Shown here piece after piece: positions 17,234-23,830 of a DNA stretch of 23,830 bases. The DNA comes from Candidatus Xenobia bacterium. GTDB taxonomy: Bacteria > Vulcanimicrobiota > Xenobia > Xenobiales > QWHO01. A program made the position numbers and the translations under genes. The stretch spans positions 1 to 23,830 of the forward strand of contig BTUM01000108.1 in NCBI GenBank assembly GCA_045863235.1. The letters run 5' to 3'. How positions within the stretch are numbered: position 1 is the first letter of the stretch; the number at the start of each line of letters is the position of its first letter. Below the pieces are notes generated by a model. That model searched no databases. It had not been told where the DNA came from and saw nothing but the letters and a program-made list of their open reading frames with translations.

Positions 17234-17527
17234 GTAAAGAGCCCCCACGCGCAAGATCGGAGCCAGCCTGTCATCCAGGCTCGTCCTGCAGCCTCGGATA
17301 ATCGCCTCGTCTCCACCTTCCGAGGTTGGAGAGCTTGGGGGGCCGCGTTGACCAGGACGTCGAGATTACCCGGTAGACGGCCGGACCCCCACGTGCAGGC
17401 GCCGGACTGCTAGCACAATATGTCGGGCATCGCGCAGTCGAGTAGAAGCTTCGACCCTGCTCCGAGGGCGCGAGCTTTGCTCGCCGACAGGGAGGGACCG
17501 TGCCAGCCTTCCCAAGAAGACCAGCCG

Positions 17528-19396
17528 ATGAGCGAGGTGGAGCACCTCGAGCAGACCGTTCGCTGGCCTGGCCTGCTGGGCTGGTACCGGCGCCAGCGCG
17601 CCCTGGCGGCCCTCGAGCGACTGGCCGAGGGGGGGAGCGTCGATGCTGTGCTGGCACTCTGGCGGCTCTCCCAGGCAGGTCTGGCCCCGGTACTGGACCG
17701 TCAACGAGCCCTGCTCGAGCGAGCCTTCGCCGAGCCCGGTCGCGACGACCTGGTGGAGCTGGCTCGGGCTCTCAACCTGCCGGAAATGCAGCAGTTCCAG
17801 GCCCGGGTGCGCGTTGGGCGTCCCCCTCCCGTGGAGAACCTGGTTCACCTGGGTTGGCTCATCCAGATGCTGGAGGGCCCATTCCAGGCCGAGGCGGCCG
17901 CGCTGCTCAGCCAGCTTCCTCCTCAGGGCAGCCCGCCTACCCGGGCTGCTGCCCTGCTACTGGCTGGGAGGCACGATGAGCTACGCGACTTCGACCCGGA
18001 GGGCAACGAGCTCAACCTGGCTCTGGAGCGGGCTGGCGTCTTCCTGAAGACCCGCCTGCGGGCAGCCTTGCGCCAGACAGGTCAGGGCAGCGCCCCGGGC
18101 TCGAGCCTGCAGTGCGAGGCGACCTTCGCTCGCAGCCTCGAGGAACGATTGAACGAGGAGGATTGGACCTGGTTCTTGACCGGCCTGGAGCGCGAGCTTC
18201 CCGGGAGAGCCGCCCGCCTGCTGAGCGCTCTGCAGGCACGGGACAGGGCGCCGTACGAGCTGGCCTCCCTGCAACGACCGAAGGTCGGCCAGCCCCCCCT
18301 CACCACCCTCCAGGGGACCGATCCGGTCTGGGCGCCAGACGACTCCTGGTTGACCCTGCACCGGGGAGGCAACCGCTTTCTCCTGCTGCGACCCGATGGC
18401 AGCCAGTCTCGCCAGCTGACCGCCTGGGAAGAAGCGGCTCCCAAGGATGGCGCGGTTCTGGCCCCTTTGCGGGCCTTCTCGCAGACCGGCCAGTATCTGG
18501 CAGCCGTCTGGCGCGGCCAGGAATTCTGGGAGTCGTACGACCACATGTACTCAGGCTACGAAGACCTCTATGGTAAGGAGGTCTGCCTGTGGGATACCGT
18601 GCACTTCGGCGAGCGCAAGCGCCTACCGCTCCATGAGGACGTTCTCGACCTGTACCCGGGTTACGATGGCGTGCTGGCCAGAACCCGGGGCCGGCTGGTG
18701 GCCCTCCATCCCGATGGGGAGCGCTGGCGCGTGGCGGCCACATCCCCGCTGCGGGTGGACCAGGGGCGATATGTCCTGGAAGGGACCGAATTCTACCATC
18801 TGGAGCCCTGGAGGTCATTGGGCCAGGTGCCCGGACCCGCTCACCTGGTGGCTGACCGGCTGGTGATACAGGGGGAGCCCTGTTTGCTGCTGGACGTCCA
18901 CGAGCTGAACCGGCTGGCGAGCTTTCGCTCCAACTTTCGAAGTGCAGCGGGGCGGCCCGGTGGCCCCCTGGTCCTGTTGACCGGCGAGGAGATCGAGCTG
19001 CGCGACCGCGACACGGGCCGATTGCTGGACCGCCAGTGCTTGCCCGAAGGGGCCCTGCAGCTCCACCCGCGCGGCGAGCACATACTGAGCTGGCACCAGG
19101 GGCGTGCCCGGCTTACCTCGGTGCAGGAAGCCGAGCCCTGGGCCGAGTGGGAGGCGCCCGAAGAGCCCCAATTCTCGCCCAGGGGCAACTTCCTCTGGAG
19201 TCCTCACCGGGGACAGACCCTGGTGTGGCCCGTCCTGGCTTACAGGAGATTGGACGAGCTGGGCCTGGCCGACCTGACCCGTCTCCCGGTGGGCTGGGAG
19301 GAGTTCTTGAAAGCGCTGATCCAGCGGCGCTGGCGCCATGCAATCCAGTTGCAAGATGTCCCGCTGGCAAGCGGAACCGATATCGAGCTGGACTGA
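17528..19396 (+). CDS. Hypothetical protein: helical N-terminal half and WD40-like beta-propeller C-terminal half
   Basis: Long ORF (alternative start 17420). Blade-like motifs WAPDDSWL, AFSQTGQYLA, VCLWDT, LHPRGEHILS, FSPRGNFL; acidic tail DIELD. Confidence 0.7.
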   Translation: MSEVEHLEQTVRWPGLLGWYRRQRALAALERLAEGGSVDAVLALWRLSQAGLAPVLDRQRALLERAFAEPGRDDLVELARALNLPEMQQFQARVRVGRPPPVENLVHLGWLIQMLEGPFQAEAAALLSQLPPQGSPPTRAAALLLAGRHDELRDFDPEGNELNLALERAGVFLKTRLRAALRQTGQGSAPGSSLQCEATFARSLEERLNEEDWTWFLTGLERELPGRAARLLSALQARDRAPYELASLQRPKVGQPPLTTLQGTDPVWAPDDSWLTLHRGGNRFLLLRPDGSQSRQLTAWEEAAPKDGAVLAPLRAFSQTGQYLAAVWRGQEFWESYDHMYSGYEDLYGKEVCLWDTVHFGERKRLPLHEDVLDLYPGYDGVLARTRGRLVALHPDGERWRVAATSPLRVDQGRYVLEGTEFYHLEPWRSLGQVPGPAHLVADRLVIQGEPCLLLDVHELNRLASFRSNFRSAAGRPGGPLVLLTGEEIELRDRDTGRLLDRQCLPEGALQLHPRGEHILSWHQGRARLTSVQEAEPWAEWEAPEEPQFSPRGNFLWSPHRGQTLVWPVLAYRRLDELGLADLTRLPVGWEEFLKALIQRRWRHAIQLQDVPLASGTDIELD

Positions 19397-19479
19397 CGCG
19401 GGCTGGAAGTCCGGCCGCCCCCCCGAGGTCAAGCTCCAGCCCCGAAAGGATACTGGCTCTCTCCGGGGAACCCGCCGGG

Positions 19480-19905
19480 ATGAAACGCATCTTGACTCTC
19501 TGGCTGCTCCTGGCAGGGGTAGCTCTGGCCCAGTCCTGGTACACCCTCAAGGAAGAGGGCTTCCAGATCCAGTTTCCTTCCGAGCCGAAGAAGACAGAGG
19601 CGGCTGCCTGGGAGGTGGACCACGAGGCGAACTCCTACCGCATGAGCGTGGACGCCTGCGAGGGGACGCCGGATGAGGTGTTTGCCTCGGCCAAGGACGA
19701 GTTCTCCAAGTCCTTCACCTTTGTGAGCGAGAAGGCTCTGACCGTGGACGGCCATCAGGCAAAGCAATTCAAGTTCACTCTGCAAGGCACGCCCATCGAG
19801 TGCCTGATGGTCGTGAAGGGAAGCAAGCTGTACATGCTGATGATGATCGTGGCCGGGTCGGCTGACGAGGCCCAAAAGGTCATGTCCAGCCTGCACGTGA
19901 GCTAA
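19480..19905 (+). CDS. Secreted hypothetical protein, possibly PsbP/DUF1795-like fold
   Basis: Sec signal MKRILTLWLLLAGVALA. Pattern GFQIQFPSEP...VDGHQA...GSKLYML...SLHV. True start is internal to the 19036 ORF. Confidence 0.75.
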   Translation: MKRILTLWLLLAGVALAQSWYTLKEEGFQIQFPSEPKKTEAAAWEVDHEANSYRMSVDACEGTPDEVFASAKDEFSKSFTFVSEKALTVDGHQAKQFKFTLQGTPIECLMVVKGSKLYMLMMIVAGSADEAQKVMSSLHVS

Positions 19906-20074
19906 AGTGAAGCGCACCTGCGACCAGGAACTGTGCGCGTAACGTTCAAGCGATTTCTACAGGAGCGCACACCGTGCGCGCTCGTGGAGAAGTTCGGACT
20001 TCGAGCACAATGCCGGGCGTCGCGGAGCGAGTTTCCCGGCTGCGCTCCTGGCCTGGAAATCCGGCCGCAAGCCC

Positions 20075-20467
20075 TCAGCGCTTGCGCTTGCGCAGCTCGA
20101 GGAAGGCGGACAGTTGGGCCTCCTGCTCCGGGGTAGGCTGGAAGTCGATCTGGCCGCTAAGCCCTCCCGAGCCCTGGTGCAGCCACTGCACCGTGCCTAC
20201 CAGTTGCAGAACGGTATCGGCTCGGAGCAAGAACTTCATGGTGACCGCCTCGCCCACCTCGAAGGGGGTCCGGCCCCGGAAGAGCAGACCGCGCAGGCCC
20301 ACCTCCTGGGTAAAGATCTTCACCTCACCAGCGCGCACGACCTCGATCTGCAACACCCGGTCGAGCCACACCATGCTTTCCTGCGGGGGCTGAGCGGCGG
20401 GCTCGGGCGCCTTTCGGGTCAGGGCCCCCATCCCGAACCAGGTTAACGCCTTACGGGCTAATGTCAT
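20075..20467 (-). CDS. Degenerate PilZ-like domain protein
   Basis: TQEVGLRGLLF...PFEVGEAVTMKF...LVGTVQW...GQIDF...QLSAFL follows the PilZ barrel pattern, but RxxxR and DxSxxG are absent. Confidence 0.6.
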   Translation of the reverse strand: MTLARKALTWFGMGALTRKAPEPAAQPPQESMVWLDRVLQIEVVRAGEVKIFTQEVGLRGLLFRGRTPFEVGEAVTMKFLLRADTVLQLVGTVQWLHQGSGGLSGQIDFQPTPEQEAQLSAFLELRKRKR

Positions 20468-20529
20468 CTCGATTTCAACTCCTCCAGTCTGTAATCTCAG
20501 ACTACAAGAAGAGAACGCCAGTTCCACGC

Positions 20530-20566
20530 AGGGAAAACCCTCCTCGGAGGGTAGGGGAAACCCTAC
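20530..20566. promoter_or_regulatory. Pair of AGGG-N4-CCCT palindromes in a divergent intergenic region (candidate operator)
   Basis: AGGGAAAACCCT at 20530-20541 and AGGGGAAACCCT at 20553-20564. Confidence 0.4.
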
Positions 20567-20590
20567 CTCGACCCGGCGAATTCAGCCGCC

Positions 20591-21370
20591 ATGGATTTCC
20601 GGGAGTTGCGAGAAGACTGGTTCCCCGGGGCGGTAAGGAGCGAGGCGGTGCGGAGTCTGGTGGCGGTGGGCCAGCGCAAGACTCACGAGGAATATGCCGG
20701 GCCCTCATGCCTGACGGTCTATTTCGACCCTCAAGGCCGGTTGCTGGAAGCGACACTCTCCACGCACAAACGGCCCCTCTCGAGCCTGAGCTTGAGCTAC
20801 GAGGGCCAGAGCTTGCACGTGAGCCTGTCCAATGGAATCAGCCAGTGGTATCGTGATGGCGTCTCCACGGTGGCAACCCCCTATGACGGTGACTCACCGC
20901 CGGGGCAGAGACAAGCAACCTTTGATGAGGTCCTGGAGTTGGGACGCAGCGCCCTCTGCCAGCTGCAGCCACAACGCATCGAGTTCCTGACCGAATCCGA
21001 GGGGATCGAGCCTCCGGCCAACCTGGCCGCAAAGTGGCTCAAACACGGCTGGGCCGACCCCGGACAGGAGGGGCCGGTGGCCACTTTCAGCCCCGAGGGG
21101 CACCTGGTGACCTTCGGCACCCAACGCGGTGGCCGCTACACGGGTTGGTGGCTTGTGCTCGACCTGGAGAGCGAGGCGGGCCAGGTGTTCCACGCCGAGG
21201 GCTATCAGGACCGGCCCTTTGAGCGGGTCCAGGGAAGCTCCCGTTTCACCGATGGAGTGACAACACCCGACTACGTCTCATTCGAGACCTGGCTTTCGGG
21301 CTGGATCGGCCAGGTCTACGCCGAGGCGGGCTGGCCCCGTTCCCGTCCTGCGCATCGCGAGGATCACTGA
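20591..21370 (+). CDS. Hypothetical protein
   Basis: 259-aa ORF with globular composition filling the gap between neighbouring genes; no family recognised. Confidence 0.65.
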   Translation: MDFRELREDWFPGAVRSEAVRSLVAVGQRKTHEEYAGPSCLTVYFDPQGRLLEATLSTHKRPLSSLSLSYEGQSLHVSLSNGISQWYRDGVSTVATPYDGDSPPGQRQATFDEVLELGRSALCQLQPQRIEFLTESEGIEPPANLAAKWLKHGWADPGQEGPVATFSPEGHLVTFGTQRGGRYTGWWLVLDLESEAGQVFHAEGYQDRPFERVQGSSRFTDGVTTPDYVSFETWLSGWIGQVYAEAGWPRSRPAHREDH

Positions 21371-21388
21371 TCTCTTGCGGGGTGAATC

Positions 21389-21491
21389 TAAAGTGCAAGG
21401 CCTTTGGTCTTGCACTTTACAACGCGCTGGAACGCAGTTCCGGCGCGTTCGTCAGATTGTGCTAATGTGCAAAACCAAAGTGCGAGCACAT
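21389..21491 (-). repeat. REPIN/MITE-like palindromic element (more complete copy)
   Basis: Two TAA(A/T)GTGC-N15-GCAC(A/T)TTA units in inverted orientation around a central hairpin (AACGCGCTGGAAC-GCA-GTTCCGGCGCGTT); homologous to 9189-9273. Confidence 0.8.
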
Positions 21492-22408
21492 TAGACCAGG
21501 CCTTCCTCGAGCAGGTCGCACAAAGTGGCGGTGATCGGCTGCTCGGTGCGGTCTTCATACCAGCTGAACGCGGGGGACGGGTTGACCTCGAAGCAGCAGT
21601 ACTCGCCCTGCGGCGTGCGCCGCAGGTCCACGCCGGCCAGCACCATCCCCAGATTCCGGGCCACCTGGCGGCAGGCCTCGGCGATGTCGTGGGGCAGGTC
21701 GTGGGCCACCACCTCGGCCTTCTTGTCATAGCGGTAGTCGCTCTCCTCGGCCTGGATCAGGGAAGCGAAGGTGTGCTCCCCCACCACGTGGACCCGGATG
21801 TCCGTCCCCTCCACGCACTGCTGCAACTGAACGGGGCAGAAACGCAAGCGGTCGAGCCGCTCGAGGTCCTCGGGCTTCATGCGCTGGACGATGGAGCGCA
21901 CGTAGCTGATGGATTTGTAGATCACCTCGCCGCCCTGGGCGTGGTAGAACTCCTCGGCGGCGTCCGGCATGGTGGTCACCAGGGTGGCCGGAATCAGAAA
22001 GCCGAAGGGCTCCACCAGGGAAATCTGGCAGGGCTTGGAGGCGTTGCTGCCCGAGGCCACAGGTCGATTCACCACCCGGCCGGGCAGATGGTTGAGCAGA
22101 ACCGACAGGGCGGCCAGGCACTCGGCGCCCACGAAGCGGCTCTCCTCGTCGGAGTATCCCTGGTAGGTCTCGAACTCGCTGAAACCGAGACGCTGGTAGA
22201 CCGAATGGATCTCTTCCAGCCCCACCGTTCGCCCGTCCGAGAGCTTGAAGGCTCCCCCGGATCGATGATCTCCCAGCGAGAACGAGAACGAGACCGTGCC
22301 CGGGATGTCGTAGTTGGGCACCATCTCGACGGGTCGATCGCGGCGTTTGAGCTCGGAATAGACCCGGTCCACCATGGGCTCGCGCGGGTCACCGAGCACG
22401 AGGATCAC
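21491..22408 (-). CDS. ATP-grasp peptide ligase (RimK / graspetide-synthetase-like), catalytic motifs intact
   Basis: VVNRP...SKPCQ, IPATLVT, VIYKS, PVQLQQ, DIRVHVVG, SDYR, GVDL, FEVNPSP (E-x-N). The GTG start overlaps the upstream stop (GTGA, 22405-22408). Confidence 0.92.
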   Translation of the reverse strand: MILVLGDPREPMVDRVYSELKRRDRPVEMVPNYDIPGTVSFSFSLGDHRSGGAFKLSDGRTVGLEEIHSVYQRLGFSEFETYQGYSDEESRFVGAECLAALSVLLNHLPGRVVNRPVASGSNASKPCQISLVEPFGFLIPATLVTTMPDAAEEFYHAQGGEVIYKSISYVRSIVQRMKPEDLERLDRLRFCPVQLQQCVEGTDIRVHVVGEHTFASLIQAEESDYRYDKKAEVVAHDLPHDIAEACRQVARNLGMVLAGVDLRRTPQGEYCCFEVNPSPAFSWYEDRTEQPITATLCDLLEEGLV

Positions 22409-23292
22409 TCTGGCGATGGTCGTCCCTCCTCGAGAAAGTTCGAGACCGCCTCAGCCACCTGGGCGTCTTGCAGGGTATCGAAACCAGGGAAGGTGCGCAG
22501 GTCGGTGACGAGCCAGCCCCGCTCCTCCTCGCGCAGCACGACTTCGGCCAGAAAGAGGCCCAGCTCGTGGCAGGCGGCCATGGCTCGATGCACCAGCTCG
22601 ACCGGCACGGGGGCCTCGCGGGGCAGCACCACGGCCGAGGAGCCCACCACCACGGCCACCGCGGGCAGGCCGCGAGGGGACTCCTCGAAATGGATAGGAG
22701 CGCCCTTGAGCTCGTGCAGGCGTTCCAGGTCGGCTGCCTCCATGGCGCGGAAAGGCTGTTGGCGCCCCCCCACCGGGCGGTAGATGACCTGCCCCGCCTG
22801 CTCGTCAAAGAAAACCTGAGCCGCTTCGGGCTGGCTGGTGACCAGAACCCGCGGGACGGGGAGTCCGCGGGCCTGGAAGTAGGCCAGCACGCTCAGGCGT
22901 GAGTTGAGGTGCTCGCGCCAGAGCACGTGATTGGCCACCAGGCAACGGCGGCTCAGGCGATGGAAGAGGGCGATCAGGGTAGCCCAGCTCTCGACCTGGA
23001 GGTACTCGCGATCCTCGGGCGAGAGGGTCTCGCCCTGCTCGGGTGCGATGTAGTAGCCGTCGAGACAAACGCTCACCAGGTCGTCCAGGGCCACCGGCTG
23101 CTCCTCGGGAATGATGAACAGGCCGTCTTCGAACCCCGGGCCAAGCTCGAGGTAGAACTCGAGACCACTGGGGAAGGTCTCCAGTGGCAAGAAGACCACC
23201 CGTCGCCGGTCACGCCCCTTGAGGTGATTGTAGAGGGGGCCCAGAGACGGGTGGCTGGTGGAGCCAAAAAAGAGGATCGTGGGCGTGCTCAA
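22405..23292 (-). CDS. Degenerate ATP-grasp paralog (probable pseudo-enzyme)
   Basis: Colinear with the adjacent ligase (GLPVPRVLVTSQPEAAQVF, GQVIYRP, DLERL, VVG, ELGL), but the nucleotide/metal-binding residues are replaced. TTG start. Confidence 0.8.
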   Translation of the reverse strand: MSTPTILFFGSTSHPSLGPLYNHLKGRDRRRVVFLPLETFPSGLEFYLELGPGFEDGLFIIPEEQPVALDDLVSVCLDGYYIAPEQGETLSPEDREYLQVESWATLIALFHRLSRRCLVANHVLWREHLNSRLSVLAYFQARGLPVPRVLVTSQPEAAQVFFDEQAGQVIYRPVGGRQQPFRAMEAADLERLHELKGAPIHFEESPRGLPAVAVVVGSSAVVLPREAPVPVELVHRAMAACHELGLFLAEVVLREEERGWLVTDLRTFPGFDTLQDAQVAEAVSNFLEEGRPSPE

Positions 23293-23333
23293 GAAGAGCC
23301 CGCTTCACCGCGCGCTCTGCCTCGCCCTGCGGG

Positions 23334-23830
23334 TCACGGCTTGAAGAAGAAGCGGTCGGAGGGAACCGAGGAAACCCCGGTCGGAGAGCCCAGCGGGAGG
23401 ATCTCCAGATCCTTCTCGATGCAGCGCTTCTCACCGAACTTCTCGTCCTGCTTCTCGGCCCGGAGCTTCTCGACCGGGACCTTGTCGCCCAGCTTCTCAT
23501 CGTGGCCCTTCTCGACGGACATCTTCTCGACGGGGCCTTTCTCGGCGCCCTGCTTCTCGATGGGACCCTTCTCGATGGACAGCTTCTCGAACTGGCCCTT
23601 CTCGTTGGGGTTCTTCTCAGCCGGGCCCTTCTCGATGCAGCCCTTCTCGTCCGGGCCCTTCTCGATGGACAGCTTCTCGAACTGGCCTTTCTCGTTGGGG
23701 TTCTTCTCGGCCGGGCCCTTCTCGATGCAGCCCTTCTCGTCCGGGCCCTTCTCGATGGACAGCTTCTCGAACTGACCCTTCTCGTTGGGGTTCTTCTCAG
23801 CCGGGCCCTTTTCGATGCAGCCCTTCTCGT
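23334..23830 (-). CDS. xxxEK-repeat protein, partial (5' end beyond right edge); putative substrate/precursor of the ATP-grasp ligase
   Basis: The frame of the 62-aa track ORF stays open to the window edge (164 aa visible): EK-(GCIEK GPAEK NPNEK GQFEK LSIEK GPDEK)x2-GCIEK GPAEK NPNEK GQFEK LSIEK GPIEK QGAEK GPVEK MSVEK GHDEK LGDK VPVEK LRAEK QDEK FGEK RCIEK-DLEILPLGSPTGVSSVPSDRFFFKP*. Its stop is 41 nt upstream of the ATP-grasp pair. Confidence 0.85.
   Translation of the reverse strand, partial: EKGCIEKGPAEKNPNEKGQFEKLSIEKGPDEKGCIEKGPAEKNPNEKGQFEKLSIEKGPDEKGCIEKGPAEKNPNEKGQFEKLSIEKGPIEKQGAEKGPVEKMSVEKGHDEKLGDKVPVEKLRAEKQDEKFGEKRCIEKDLEILPLGSPTGVSSVPSDRFFFKP
23566..23830. repeat. Coding tandem repeat: 90-bp super-unit (copies at 23566, 23656, 23746) made of six 15-bp sub-units
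   Basis: cttctc(g) recurs every 15 nt; the three 90-bp copies differ at only 4 positions. Confidence 0.95.

Noticed and set aside
17340..17375. Minus-strand GNLDVLVNAA, resembling a short-chain dehydrogenase motif
   Set aside because: Ten residues with no flanking SDR similarity that I could see; chance match or unprovable relic.
21385..21496. Palindrome starting at a stop codon considered as an integron attC site
   Set aside because: Ends read GTCTAAT/TTTAGAT rather than RYYYAAC/GTTRRRY, there is no integron integrase, and the two copies do not delimit a cassette array.
21404..23775. Plus-strand ORFs 21404-22783 and 22909-23775 (the latter with FS-rich pentapeptide repeats)
   Set aside because: Antisense to the ATP-grasp operon. 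The minus-strand EK frame is co-oriented with the operon and shows only synonymous differences between repeats, whereas one repeat difference creates the stop ending the plus-strand frame.
23566..23830. Regular repeats considered as a CRISPR array
   Set aside because: Periods of 15 and 90 bp are multiples of three, there are no unique spacers, the frame is open and no cas genes are present.

Overview
GC-rich bacterial chromosomal window. 1-11.8 kb is mostly core or lineage-specific genes: a long Pro/Glu/Ala-rich protein running off the left edge (absent from the ORF track), HU, an M14 carboxypeptidase, a GT4-ndk-rsmI-PilZ run, a membrane PP2C/SpoIIE phosphatase, a 2OG-Fe(II) oxygenase and an M4/M36-like metallopeptidase. 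tRNA-Pro(GGG) at 11844-11921 is followed by a ~5.3 kb island with no integrase gene. The island appears to be two tandem units, each ending in a Uma2-family gene followed by a shared 50-bp element that carries the tRNA 3' core. Four hypothetical genes follow. The right end holds the most interesting locus: a candidate ATP-grasp RiPP (graspetide-like) operon. It has one intact ATP-grasp ligase, one catalytically degenerate paralog, and a left-reading gene cut by the right edge that consists almost entirely of xxxEK pentapeptides (28 EK units visible) in a 30-aa super-repeat. Two dispersed copies of a REPIN/MITE-like palindromic element (9189-9273 and 21389-21491) were also found. All calls come from reading motifs by eye; no database searches were run, so novelty is unverified.
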